Origin: Epithemia pelagica
Taxonomy: Eukaryota; Protista; Bacillariophyta
NCBI GenBank assembly: GCA_946965045.2
Contig: OX337228.1
Coordinates: 4,092,001 to 4,156,000, forward strand
DNA length: 64,000 bases
Reading direction: 5' to 3'
The notes beneath the pieces were generated by a model. That model was not told where the DNA came from. It made no database searches and was given only the letters and a program-made list of their open reading frames with translations. Position 1 is the stretch's first letter. Every line of letters starts with the position of its first letter. The position numbers were made by a program, and so were the translations under genes. Below are positions 10,219-21,906 of the stretch, piece by piece.

Positions 10219-12682
10219 CACTCCTTCCCGAAGAATGATGCTTATCGTTCTTTGGGATATTAAACAACAGGTCCCGGAATTTATAGAAGAGTGATCCTTG
10301 TAATGGCTTCGTGTGAAAGTCAGCTAACATGTCACCAGTCGGACAATGTTCGATCTGAATTTCTTTTTTATCCACCCGGTCTTTGATAAAAAAGTACCGA
10401 ATGTTGATATGTTTGGTACGCTTGCTACTTGAGGCCTTTCCATGTTTCTCCAGCAGCATCGCACTCATATTGTCTTGTAACAGTTTGGTTTCTTTGACCG
10501 CATATCCTTGGGCCAGCAAAAACTCCCGACACCACAACATATTGGGCATTGCATCATGCACCCCAATCAACTCACTTTCGGTCGACGAGCGTGCTACCAG
10601 TTTCTGTTTTGCGGACATGCTCATTGCGGCTCCTTCACCAAGACTCATCACCCCACCGGTATGACCTCTCATATTAGGGTGGACTGCGTATGATGCATCT
10701 ACCCACCATCGAATAATCCCTGAGCCGTCACATCGAAGCCGAAGTAATAGATCCGTGGTGCACTGCAGATACTTCATCACGCGAGAGAGTTTCCGCCAAT
10801 CGTCTTCACTTGGTGACTGCACCCTTGTACTGAGGAAAGCAATGGCCACTCTTATATCCGGCCTGCCCCTTTGTGCCACATACATTAACTGCATGGTCAA
10901 ACTATGAAAGTAATCCGCGCGTTCCTTATCCAGCTTTGGACTGTCTTCATTGACATGGAACAGATGGCTGGCCGCGGGCGTTTGTGCACGTCCTTTGAAC
11001 TCCCGTGGCATTTCTTCTATCATTCCGTGAATTGACGACCGCATGTCCACGATCAACTTCTCTGGTTCAGAGAAATCAAGGTACATGCCCAAATAATCGT
11101 GCCGCTTTCCTCGTGAGATGGAAATCTCACCCAGTTGCCCAAACGTTTCCTTGATTTGCTGGATCACGCCGTCAACCACACTTTTCTTCTTGTGCGAGAT
11201 CTTCAGGTCATCAATGTGCCATGTGATGGTGCACTGACTTCCCTCGATCATTTTATTCGCCACACAGGCATCATACGGATTGATTGTGTAGCCCCAACTT
11301 TTGATCACCGCGGTCAGTTTCTCCCAGAACAACCTGGCAGCCCTTAATGTGACATATAACGCACGTAACAATTCAACATATAGGACTGGTTCACCTCGTT
11401 CATACACAACAAATGGTCGGTAGCCTTCGTCAATCTCTAGCAACAAGGTCACCATCAAGCCAGTGATTCTCATGTACACCCCAGGATCCATGATTGCCTG
11501 CATGAATGCTCCTGGGATGTCAATGACCGCTACTTCGCGACGCTCCATGGCATCCAAGATGGCCGTCATGAACACGGCCTCCGTGGCCACGGTGGGCGAT
11601 GATGCATCTTCCTTGGCTATGGTTGCCCGTTGTTTCCGACCATCGGCACAACCTCGACCCTTGATCTTGCCGCAACGTTTACGTTTGAGAAACATTAGAT
11701 AGCCTAATGCTTGTCGGATTTGTTCCTTGGTTAAATTGCTTTTCATCACGGCCTTCATCACTTCTCGGTCGTGGAGCTGTCGCACTTCTTTTTTGACTGC
11801 GGCTACGCCTGGCTCTCCGAACATTTTCACGCCCAGTTTCATCCCCATTTGTGGTGTTGATAAATCCTCGGCGACGGTAGAAGTCACGTAGATGTCATTG
11901 TTGTATCGATGCGCGTAATTTCGTTCTCTGTTGGTGCGCAAGTTGTATCTTGGTTGATCTGGCACGTGGTCACCACCACCACCAGCACCAAAGTTTGGTT
12001 GTTGGGCCTCATTGTCAAGTGCCTGTGGCTCGGGCTGAAAGTTCACTCCTTCATTTGCCACTCCTTCATTTGCCACTCCTTCATTTGCCACTCCTTCATT
12101 TGCCATGTTGTCCTCGTCTGCGTCTTCTGCTTCGATCTCCTCCTCAAGTAGATTGTTATCAACGACTGCTTGATCGACAAAATCCTCTAACAACGCTTGT
12201 TCATGCTCCGCTTGCACTGCCTCCTCCAATACATCATTCTCGTTCTCTTCCTCCTCTTCGTCATGACCATTAAGGTCCTCAATTTCCTCTTCTTCCTGAC
12301 CATTAAGGTCTTCCATCTCCTCCTCGGCTCCATTCCCTTCACCCTGTGCCAATCCATCATCCATCTCCTGTTCCACTCCATCATTCAATGCATCGGCGTA
12401 ATCCTGCTCCAGCTGAGCTAGGTCACCGATTTCCTCATCCACCAATGCTTCGTCATAACGCAGATCTTCATCCTGATCTATGTCAGGCACATAGTCTTCA
12501 TCTTCATCTATAGCATCATCATATTCAAGTGCTAAGATGCGGTTGTCCCGGTCGCCGAATGCTAAGCCCGGGAATGCCTCTTGCGCCAGTGCTAATTGTT
12601 CGACCCGTTTCGTTATACTTTCCGGCATTGGCACAACGGTTGCATGGTTGCGACTGATTACTCGCCCGGATAACAAATTCAA
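10064..12682 (-). pseudogene. Element 1 pol: acidic linker, reverse transcriptase and RNase H
   Basis: RT motifs IKGRGCADG, DIPGAFM, WHIDDL; RNase H motifs DASYAVH, STESELIG, QDNMSA, MLADFHTKP. Separated from integrase by a frameshift in a T5 run at 12681-12685. Conserved ALYG reads ALYV. The ORF ends inside the 3' LTR. Confidence 0.93.
12044..12105. repeat. 15-bp tandem repeat x4 encoding (ANEGV)n in the IN-RT linker
   Basis: CACTCCTTCATTTGC repeated four times. Confidence 0.95.
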
Positions 12683-13735
12683 AAATAATACCCGCCTTGT
12701 TGATTACCTGTGGGTCTCAGGGCCAGTCCACCTTGTGTTCTCGGTGTCATTGAGTTATCGTGGGGCTCGTGTGTTTGCACGTACTGCCCGAACTCAAACT
12801 TGCAGTGACGGTGGAAATCCAACTGTTGTCCTGTTACAATCGTTTTAGGGCTCACATCGGCAGAGAGACCGTTTGCCGCTGGAAATGCATTCAGCCAAAA
12901 CACAGCTGCCTTTGCCATTTCAATCACGAGTACCTTAGGGATCCGATCAAACGGTAATGTGTTGTAGATGCAACGCATCCGATCCTTTATTGTTCGAATA
13001 TAACGTTCGATCTCACCCACATGTTCTTCTCGTGATGACGGATTCAGCCGCATGCCGATTGCATGTAGACCCGTGTTGATCACATCATTGTCAAAAGCGC
13101 CATCACCCATCATTGTCCTTGGGCGTAGATTCCCACGTCGATAAATTCCCACAACGTGTTTGATTGCTTCGATTAAGGACTCGGAAGTCAAGCTTTTCAA
13201 CGCAGTGATGGTCCCAAAACGAATGTGTCGTGATACTGTCGCTAGGAACGGGACTCCGTTCACATGAAGGACGTCCATACTCAACGTGACGTCCCTGTAT
13301 TGTTCAGGGACAGGGAAATCGACAAATGTGTTCTCATCCACACGAACAGGTCGCTTTCTCACTGTCTTGCCCTTGAGGGTGCCAATATCTGGCCCGATGA
13401 TTTTGGCCGCCAATAGCACATCCTTGCTGGTGTACGGACAATTCGGAATCATGTGCCGATCCAGGATGGTCGCTAATTGTCTGTCACTAGGCCGTCCGAT
13501 TTAAATTTGCAGTGACCGTACTCCATATGCTCTATCTACATCATTGGTAGTATAACGTGCTTTATTAGATGCAATCGTCGTAACTAAACCAACAGTAGTG
13601 GCATTGTTGTGCTTGGGGTGCCATTCTGAATAATAGAGGCCTTCTTGGCTGGCACGGAAGGTGTCGATGTGTGTGCCCTTGTGTGATATGTGAAACTCAT
13701 CGGATTGTGCATTGTAATTGATCTCGAACTGTTTT
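12679..13735 (-). pseudogene. Element 1 integrase region
   Basis: GRPSDRQL N-terminal motif; core MDVLHVNG / GDGAF / EHVGEIERYIRTIKDR. In-frame TAA at 13501-13503 and frameshift at ~13733-13746. Confidence 0.9.
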
Positions 13736-13736
13736 T

Positions 13737-15077
13737 TTAACTAAAATGAAACGAGAGAATGTTGACCCACCCATCTGGATGGAACCAAACATCTCCGTAA
13801 TCACGCACTGATGCTATTTGCGTGGTGCTTGTGTGGCCTCCATGGCCGTGGATGTGCATGGTCGTGTCGGTGTCTTGTGGTGGTGTCTTGAGGATGGATG
13901 GATTACTGAATAGGTGGACCGTTGATTGGTTGTCCAATAGCACCCATGTTTTAGGAATGTGAGCCTGTGAAGGAGTAATAGAAAACGAATGTGAGGATAG
14001 TTCACTGTTGTCATTATTTGGCAAATTCAAACTCGAACCTTGTGTTTTGTCGTTGTTCTGTGTGGAGTCGTTGGATTCTCCATGTGTAGGGAAGGCTGTC
14101 CCTGTGTTCGGTTCATTCGGGTGTTGTTGTTGTTGTTGGCCGCCACTTGACATCTCTCGGCGCCCCATGCGAGCATCGATGATAGCTCTGGCATCGGCGA
14201 GTGTTGCGGGGTAAATATTATGTTGGTCCAGGAAGTTATTATGGAGATGCGCTTCGTACTCCTTTTGCTGGCATGCCCTGATAAATCGATTCGCAATCAT
14301 TCGTGCTTGGGCTTCATTCCTGTCGGCTTCAGTTGCATTTCCAGTTCGCCCATTCTTGTGTGCTAACTCATCCACATAGAGTTGATCATAGAGGACAATC
14401 CCCATCTCATCAATCAGTTGTGCTTTTGCTCTAAACACCTCATAAAAACTCTGGACAGACTGTCCAGGGTGACGCTTGAGCGTATAAAAATCCGTTCTGA
14501 TGCGGTCAAGGGCCATACCTGTGTATACCCGACCGCTATCATAAGTAAAAGTAGTTGTCTTGATGAGTGACAGGAGTGCAATCCCATCTCTTGATGCTTG
14601 TATGGTTGGGAAGATGGAAGTTGCCTTTAACTTGTCCTTTAGGAGCTCGGTGCACTGCCCTAGCAGAACACTGTACAGGGAGGAACGAAATCCGTCATAC
14701 GCAATCTCTTTTTCTTGATGTGCCTTGTAGTTGAATTCCCACTCCTTGGCTTCTATCGGGGTTGCAGTTGGTCCAGGTCTTGTTGGTGGTGTTGGTGGTG
14801 GCAGTTGGAGGCTTTCCACGGCTTGTTGAAAATCACGATTGTATTTTGGCCACTTGGTTCCAATGTAACCCACCAATAACTCCACATTTTTCAAGTACTT
14901 CTTCGCCTGGGTATCTTGTGAGTAGTCAAACGTGCACCCTTTTAGGAGTGGCTCTTGTCCTTCGAATTTGGGACCGTGCTGTCCTCTTCCTTGCCGACCA
15001 CCACGTCCTCGTCCTGATCGACCTCGTCCTCGTCCACCTTGTTCACCCGATTGTACATTGTCCGGACGTCCACTCAT
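13737..15077 (-). CDS. Element 1 gag plus aspartic protease
   Basis: Gag block LLGQCT...DGIALLSLIK; protease WVLLDNQSTVHLFSNP; truncated by the frameshift near 13740. Confidence 0.88.
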   Translation of the reverse strand: MSGRPDNVQSGEQGGRGRGRSGRGRGGRQGRGQHGPKFEGQEPLLKGCTFDYSQDTQAKKYLKNVELLVGYIGTKWPKYNRDFQQAVESLQLPPPTPPTRPGPTATPIEAKEWEFNYKAHQEKEIAYDGFRSSLYSVLLGQCTELLKDKLKATSIFPTIQASRDGIALLSLIKTTTFTYDSGRVYTGMALDRIRTDFYTLKRHPGQSVQSFYEVFRAKAQLIDEMGIVLYDQLYVDELAHKNGRTGNATEADRNEAQARMIANRFIRACQQKEYEAHLHNNFLDQHNIYPATLADARAIIDARMGRREMSSGGQQQQQHPNEPNTGTAFPTHGESNDSTQNNDKTQGSSLNLPNNDNSELSSHSFSITPSQAHIPKTWVLLDNQSTVHLFSNPSILKTPPQDTDTTMHIHGHGGHTSTTQIASVRDYGDVWFHPDGWVNILSFHFS

Positions 15078-15078
15078 G

Positions 15079-15675
15079 TTAAAGAATGGTCAGGTTGTGT
15101 TCTTTACGGCGAAATTCCTCGATCTTGTTGTTCTGGTGGTTTCGGACAGCAACTACCACAAAGTCGTTGGTAAACCGCGTTACGTCACCTTTTGCTCCGT
15201 AGATCTTGCCTTTGTGACCCGACAAGTAGATGCCGGTCTTAATTCGCACCCGAGATCCGATTCCCAGTACCTTCACAATGGGTGGTGCCGCTGCTTCAGC
15301 TTCTACACCTTGTGGACTTGTGGAGGTTTGTTCTTGTTCTTCCTCCACCACTTGTGGTTCCTGGTCCGGATTCGTTTGCTCTTCTTCTTGTTGTGCTTCT
15401 CGGTACACCCGTCCTAATTCAGCCTCGTGACTGTTCTTTTGGCGTAACAACGCTTGTTGATAACGAGTTTCTTTGTTGTGTAAGGCTTGACGATACTCTT
15501 GTTCCAAATCGGCTTTATCGGCCCAGTACTTTCGATCCAACGCCTTCACAAGCTTTTCGTGTTCTTCAGCCAGTCGACTGGCGCGTCCTTCGGACAGAAG
15601 CTTCAACCGGATAAACTGCCCAATTAAACGTGACACTGGTGTACTGTTTTCTTCTGGGGACTGCGTTGTGGACAT
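15079..15675 (-). CDS. Extra ORF0 inside element 1 (coiled coil, acidic linker, KOW/SH3-like C-terminus)
   Basis: Intact 198-aa ATG ORF between the 5' LTR and gag; its TAA is 1 nt from the gag ATG. C-terminal GIGSRVRIKTG...KGDVTRFTNDFVVV resembles a KOW barrel. Confidence 0.7.
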   Translation of the reverse strand: MSTTQSPEENSTPVSRLIGQFIRLKLLSEGRASRLAEEHEKLVKALDRKYWADKADLEQEYRQALHNKETRYQQALLRQKNSHEAELGRVYREAQQEEEQTNPDQEPQVVEEEQEQTSTSPQGVEAEAAAPPIVKVLGIGSRVRIKTGIYLSGHKGKIYGAKGDVTRFTNDFVVVAVRNHQNNKIEEFRRKEHNLTIL

Positions 15676-15717
15676 CAGATTGTGCCGGGAAGTACAATGT
15701 AAGCTCTTTGTAATCTA

Positions 15718-15935
15718 TGTTGAAACCGATCAGTCTTCGTGCTGTACAGGCAACAAAGCTAAAGCAAATTTCGTTATAGATTACAAAGAGTGAGCACTAG
15801 ATGTCTCCTTCATTCGACGGATCTTATGACCGCTTAGGGCCACATCTTGCCACTCCTCCACGTCAGTAGGATTCTTCATTCTTTGGTCGCTCTTAGCTCT
15901 TGGTTCCTGGCTCTGCTCCTGGTTCTGCTCCAACA
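15718..15935 (-). repeat. 5' LTR of element 1
   Basis: Direct repeat of 10001-10218; followed by TSD CTATT on the + strand. Confidence 0.97.
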
Positions 15936-16186
15936 CTATTCTCCACGACGTCTAGCACTTCAAGCTCCTCTGCTGATGTCTGTATTCATTCTCTATACTT
16001 TATTTTGTTGCTCCTGCGCAGGAGCTGTTGTCGTTGTTGTTTCGCCTGCAATCTACCTTTATATATCTCCATACTACAACAACAGCAGGCCCAACAAATA
16101 CCCCGACAACCAAGACTATGTCCACAACGAAACACCGGTTCCTGCGACACGTGTGTCAATCACAATGGGTCCAACTTTCACGCCCT

Positions 16187-17430
16187 TTACACGGAAGAAT
16201 AGCGAATGTAGTTGGTGGTGGAGGACGCTGTTTGCGTGCCATTCGGGTGCACTGCCATTTCGGCCTGCAGCAAGAGGGGTGCTTCTTCCGATTGCGACAC
16301 CAAGGATGCCTGGATACTCTCATCCTCATAATCACACGGTCCTTCTTCGTCCTCGTTAATGTTGTTGTCGTTGTTGTTGTTCCACCAACAATTACAACAA
16401 GGTCGTCTCCTGGACTCCATGACATGGTCGTGCCGATGTTGTCGTTTTGTTTGGGATTGAATCTGTTCCAACGACAAGCCCTTGGTTTCTTGGACGTAGT
16501 GTGGAATAAAGAACAAGGCTGCCACAGCCATGAGAATACCGAAACAGGCAAAGGTGAATCTCCATCCAAATCGTCGTTGCACAATGGGGACACCAAATTG
16601 CACGACAAAATTCAACAAATACTTGAGTTCGACCGCCAAGGCTGAGGCGGGACCGCGAATATGGGAGGGAAAGACTTCGGCCACCAACAACCAGGTAATG
16701 GGACCAAAGCCCAGTTGGTAACCGGCCACATAGACACAGAGGGACAACAACACGAGTCGACGTTGCCATTCCGGTGCATCGGTATCGGTCATGGAAGGAG
16801 CGTTCCAACACAAGACCAAAATGGCCAATCCCATGATAGTGGCACAAATTTGCAAGAGGCGTTTGCGGCCCACCGTATCCACCAAGCCGACCGTCACTAT
16901 ACTGACACACAACATGAGACAGGCTGTCCATACCGAGGCATGGCCACCCCATCCAGCTTGTTCCAAAATGACAGTGGCATAACTAAGCACTGCCGGTTGA
17001 CCACTGCCCTCTTGGAAACACAAGAGTCCCAAGGCGACCACCATGGCCCATGTCACTGCGGGATCGGAATCGAGGAGGGATCCCAGTGTCCCACAACATC
17101 CACTGTCCTGCCCCGCAGTCCGTGTCGCTGGTATGGCTTGGCGTGTCGTCCACTGAACCATTTCGTCAAATTCGTTCGTGATATTGTCACGATAGACAAA
17201 CTGCATCGACTCCATGGCTTCTTCCAAGAATCGACATGGACGTTGAGATTCACTCAATTCCTGATAGTCCTCTCGTTGCCCTTCTCCGCGTTCGTGTTCA
17301 GTGTCTTTTTCTTCTGTCACCGTAGAACAGGAGCTAATGGTGGTTTCTTCCGTGGATGTGGAACAGGAACTAATGGCTGTTTCCAAGGATTTGGGGTGTC
17401 CCTCTTCCAATTCTTGTTGATATGACTGTG

Positions 17431-17461
<31 letters not shown>

Positions 17462-18400
17462 ATGCTGAAGTAACAGCCATCGCGTAGATCGTGGCACCCA
17501 AAAGGTCAAGGCCAACATGGGGACACTAAACAATAAGGAAATTTGATACAGCAGGGCCCAATTGTTGTTGTCGCCGTACGACGACGAGGAATGATAGTCT
17601 CCCACGGCATATCCAACCACAATGCCCAGAACAATGAGGGATTCCTTGGCACTGACAATAGCTCCTCGTACCGAACTGGGTGCCATTTCGGCCATGTAGT
17701 TGGGTGCTCCATGCATGACAAAGCCCACGCCAACGCCCAGTACCAATCGACCGAGCAACAACAAGGGCCATCCCACCAGGACCGAGGATTCGGCAAAGAC
17801 GGTGCCTGACGCAATCGTACACAGCGTCCCCACAATATGCAACAAGGCGGCCAACCGTAGTTCCATTCGACGGCCAATGGTGGCAGCCAAATGAAACAAA
17901 ACCAAATGACTTCCCAACAAGGCCCCCAAGGAAATGGCTGAAATAAAGATACCCTCCCGAATCGCAGCATCCGTCTCTTGTTCGGTTGTTGTTGTGGCGT
18001 CCTTGTCGTCGTCCATTGGACCAAACACATGAGACCACCAAACCACGGGCGGCGATACTGTCGCATCCACAGTGGGGGCAGCAAGTATTGGTAAAGTTTC
18101 CCTTGCGCGAGAGTGATGAGAATGGTGCTTTACCTCGAAACTTGGATTGTCATCGTTGTCGTTATTGCCACTGTTGTCATCGTTGTTACTATTATTGTCA
18201 CTGGTGGGGTAATAAAAGTCGTCGGTATGTGTTTGATACAAGTGCTTTGTCGTCGTTTTTGGAATGGGGTTGCTGTTGGCGGCAGGTTGTCGTAGTATAG
18301 CCAAGACAAACGATGTCGCGCCAATGTCATATCCGTAGGAAAAGCCTGAGAAGAAGAAAAACAAACACGCAAGAGATTGACGGCACACCGACCGAACCAT
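16187..18400 (-). CDS. MFS sugar porter (xylose-proton symporter-like / vacuolar glucose transporter-like)
   Basis: GYDIGATS, GRRMELRLA, YMAEMAPSSVRGAIVS, LVDTVGRKRLL, GFGPITWLLVAEVFP and VQETKGLSLE sugar-porter signatures; low-complexity loops including polyQ. Confidence 0.92.
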
Positions 18401-19298
18401 GAGTCAGATTCAGATCCATAAGCTATAGTAGTGAGGTCATGTTTCGGTCGGAACCGAGGATTTGTACACCTACCTCCCAGCGCTGGAGTCAAAAATACGA
18501 GACTGAGTGCCAACCAAGAGATTCGAGGGTTCCTCCTATTTTCATCCTGGAGTTGGTGGTCGTTGTTGCCGTTGGAACCATTGACATTTTGCATGATCTC
18601 TTGTGGTTTGTGGTAAGAAAACCACCGACCGGGCACTTGGTTGTGTCTTGGATGGATCGTGACACGGTCACTGACTCGACCCTGTCAACAACAAAAAAGG
18701 TGGTCGTTTTCTCCTTGCGCTGTTGGAAAGATGCTTGGTTGCCAACACAAGAAACAGCAACAACACAACGATTGGTTGGTGTGATGATACAGGAGCACCA
18801 ACAAAATCCTCGTTACAACGGATCGCGAATAGGAGTAGACACTCAGAGGAGCGTTGAAAAGATCTTGATGCCTTATTATTTTTATCGACGACTAGCACAA
18901 TGGGGGATGAAAGAAAGAGTGGTCGACGACAAATCCCTGTCCTGCCAAAAGACACGGTCGGTGATGAAAGAACAACCTGTCAAAGTTGTGGCGAATGTCA
19001 CGGCCACATGGCTGATGGAAGGTGTCTCGTGTCGTGTGATGAAAAAGTGAAGGTGTCTGTGTCTTGGTTTCGTTCTCCGTCAAGCGTGTCGTAATCAAGC
19101 CCTGTACCTTCACTTCACAGTTTCTTAGGATATGTTTGGTCTTGAATCAAGACCAAAAGGACGGCGGGCTCTCCGCAATCTGGGATTTCATGGTGGCGCA
19201 AATTATCAAGTGACGTGGTTCTCGTTAGGAGTACGCACCCACCACCATGGCGAGTGTTTTCCGTGAGAAATGAGAAAGCGAACCTCCATCCTCCAGCC

Positions 19299-20474
19299 AT
19301 GTGGTTGTGGTGGTGCCGAGTCCCTCAACTGCAACTGCATCCCGTAATAAGGAGGTCTTTGCTGTTGCTGTTTCTCTGTCTGTTGCTGAAGAAGAAGGGG
19401 GAGGCATGGATTCCACTGCAATGCCGTTTGGGGTCTTTTCAAGCAGTAGGTCATTCAACAAGAACGCCCAAAGATCCCCCAAAAGGGGCAACGATCAGGT
19501 TCCGAACAACATCCCCATCATCATCGTGTTTATTCGGCAGCCGAGCCGCGGTATGGCGGCTACAACATGAGGACCAACGGGTCGGACCACCATCCAACTC
19601 AACAACAACAACAACAACGACCCGTAGCACGTCGCTTGTGGCCGAACCGGCAGCGGATTTGGATCAAGCCTTTGTTCAAGCGCAATGGAACATGCCATCC
19701 ATTGTGGAACGTGTCTTGATCCATCAAGAAACCGATGCCATTGATCCCTATCAACTATTAAGTCGACTGGATATGAGTGATACCGATCGCCAGTGGGCCT
19801 TGTACGCCTTGCGACGTTCCGACAACACGACAGGAACATTATCATCATCATCACGCTCTTTGGTCCAAACCGTATCGAACGTATTAACGCCGGCGCATTG
19901 TTCCAAGATTCGTACGTTTTTGGACAAACGCATTGTCAATGATGGTCTCGACAATGTGGATGGCTGTCCCGATTGGCAAGTCAATGTCACACCGGAAAAA
20001 CTGACCAAGATTATTGGAGCCACTGCCGTTGAGCGTCTGTTGGATCTTCCCCACCAATTGTTTGGCAAGACCAACAACAATACAAACTCGGACGTGGACG
20101 ACGACGACCATGACTTTGTGTACGACCGGGTCGGAATTTTTATTCGCTTGTACCAACGAAGCAAACGGCCATGGATGCCGTTTCATCGCGATGGCAATCG
20201 TTGGACCGTCAATGTGGCTCTGAACAATGCCACAGACTATGCCCGAGCCAATGGTGGTGGTGGTGGCCATTTGATTGCCTTGTACAATGGGGCGGTCCAA
20301 CGAATTGGAGCTCGTCAAGAGGGCGATGCGACCTGTCATGCCGGCTATATTCAGCATGCCGTATCCGCCATACTTCCACCACAGCTAGAAACGAAAGATA
20401 CGCCAACGACTACAACCAGAACTGGGCGAAGATACTCAATGATTCTCTTTTTCCATACAGCCACGTCCACATGA
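19299..20474 (+). CDS. 2OG-Fe(II) oxygenase (PKHD/prolyl-hydroxylase-like), possibly plastid-targeted
   Basis: HxD (PFHRDG), distal His (QHAVSAI) and RYSMILFF. Hydrophobic N-terminus ending GEA-W, resembling a diatom bipartite signal. Start codon uncertain. Confidence 0.78.
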   Translation: MWLWWCRVPQLQLHPVIRRSLLLLFLCLLLKKKGEAWIPLQCRLGSFQAVGHSTRTPKDPPKGATIRFRTTSPSSSCLFGSRAAVWRLQHEDQRVGPPSNSTTTTTTTRSTSLVAEPAADLDQAFVQAQWNMPSIVERVLIHQETDAIDPYQLLSRLDMSDTDRQWALYALRRSDNTTGTLSSSSRSLVQTVSNVLTPAHCSKIRTFLDKRIVNDGLDNVDGCPDWQVNVTPEKLTKIIGATAVERLLDLPHQLFGKTNNNTNSDVDDDDHDFVYDRVGIFIRLYQRSKRPWMPFHRDGNRWTVNVALNNATDYARANGGGGGHLIALYNGAVQRIGARQEGDATCHAGYIQHAVSAILPPQLETKDTPTTTTRTGRRYSMILFFHTATST

Positions 20475-20842
20475 CTCGTGCGGAACAAAGATATCTCTGA
20501 TAGAAGTGAATCCTCAGAACGTATGGCAAAACGCGGAGACGCGGCTGGCAATGAAAGCTCCAGGTCGCTTGGACTTGCAGCACAAACCAATGCAAAAGTC
20601 GAGAGGAAGAAACATATGTGACACGGCTGGTAGCAGCCAGAGGAATGACTGACATGACCTAGGCATTCACATTAGGGACCGCCAGCACAATTGATACTTT
20701 CTCCAGAATAGGAATGATAATGACATTAAGTAAAAAGTCAGCATGTTTCAACCAACTAAAATCTTCATACCATTTGTTGGCCTAGAGATATTATTGCTGG
20801 AGAAGTATACAAGGTTTAAGGAGAAAAGTTTCTATAGTTTCT

Positions 20843-21490
20843 CTATGACACGGCACATCCAATTTCCAGATCGGAATTGGCACATAGTTTCATTTCACCA
20901 TGGGCAGGCATTACAGCGTTTCCATGATCCAGTGCATGCTTTCGTTTCAAAACGACTTCCCACATGTGTTCAATTTCCGGACGACCCTTCTGCCCTGTTT
21001 TCCCATTTTCTGGATCAAACGCAGATTCCCAGTGCAAGACCAAATTTCCATGATGGGCATACCAGACCATGGCAGGATTGACCAAACCATTCGGGTACGT
21101 CCCCACCATGGCTTTCTTCTCTTCTTCGGATACTTTGGCATCCTCGGGTGTTGTTACGACGAGATTCTCCAAAATCATGTCGTCTTTCAACCAATTCGCC
21201 AACGCGTTGGTTTCGTCACCAATTACCAAATCGTAACTATGATCTTTGGTCAATCCCCAGGCTTCGTCTGCTTTTTTCGCTCCCACTTCACCTTCACTGG
21301 TCCATGCTATCAATTTCACATTCTCTTTCTTCATAGTCGACTTATGGTGATCTCCCAACTTCTTCAGATACCAGCCGTCGTACTTGCACCATGATCCCCG
21401 AAAAAACACGAGGCAACACAGGTCTGGTCCATGTACAGTCTCATCCAACCACTTTTCTGGATCCGTAACATACGTCTTTTCTTCCGTCAT
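20843..21490 (-). CDS. Thioredoxin-fold AhpC/TSA (peroxiredoxin-like) protein
   Basis: LVFFRGSWCKYD motif, VKLIAWTSE, LVIGDETNALA and LVNPAMV match the AhpC/TSA-like pattern. Confidence 0.7.
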   Translation of the reverse strand: MTEEKTYVTDPEKWLDETVHGPDLCCLVFFRGSWCKYDGWYLKKLGDHHKSTMKKENVKLIAWTSEGEVGAKKADEAWGLTKDHSYDLVIGDETNALANWLKDDMILENLVVTTPEDAKVSEEEKKAMVGTYPNGLVNPAMVWYAHHGNLVLHWESAFDPENGKTGQKGRPEIEHMWEVVLKRKHALDHGNAVMPAHGEMKLCANSDLEIGCAVS

Positions 21491-21906
21491 TCTGCTATTT
21501 ACGTAACCTTGGCTTACTTTGGCGGTGTGGATATGGTTTGGTCGGGGCTATCTCCCTATTCTCTATTTTTGATTGTTGTTGTCGAAATGTGCAATCTGCA
21601 CCCAAAGAAAAAACCCCATGTGATTGGGTAATCGCAATCGCGGTGTCTTTTCCTCGCAAAAAAAGATTCTCCCAACGCAAAGCCCTCATAGCTCATAGGT
21701 CACCTAATACCTCTCTACGGATAGCTCTTGAGGTAGCTAGACTAGAGGAGAGTCAATCGGTTGCCGCCCGCGACGCCCCACCAGAAATGTTATGCGACTG
21801 GAGGTCGCGTAAATGTCTGTCGTGTTTCCCCGTGATTCTATGTTCTATGGCAAATTTCATTTTTCATTTTTCATGAATCAAACGACCAAACGTCCACTGC
21901 TCAAGT

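Larger units (their letters stand above)
10001..15935 (-). mobile_element. Full-length Ty1/copia (CoDi-like) LTR retrotransposon, element 1, coding region disrupted
   Basis: 218-bp TG...CA LTRs at 10001-10218 and 15718-15935 (3 mismatches). Perfect 5-bp TSD CTATT (9996-10000, 15936-15940). PPT GGGAAGGAGTG next to the 3' LTR. Domain order gag-PR-IN-RT-RH. Confidence 0.97.

Noticed and set aside
13730-13750. Programmed -1 frameshift between protease and integrase of element 1
   Set aside because: No usable slippery heptamer: the -1 frame has a TAG just before the 0-frame TAA. Two homopolymer expansions (damage or assembly error) explain it better.
18130-19113. ORFs 18439..19050 (+), 18130..18636 (-) and neighbours
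   Set aside because: No motifs; they lie in the divergent promoter/UTR region between the transporter and the oxygenase.
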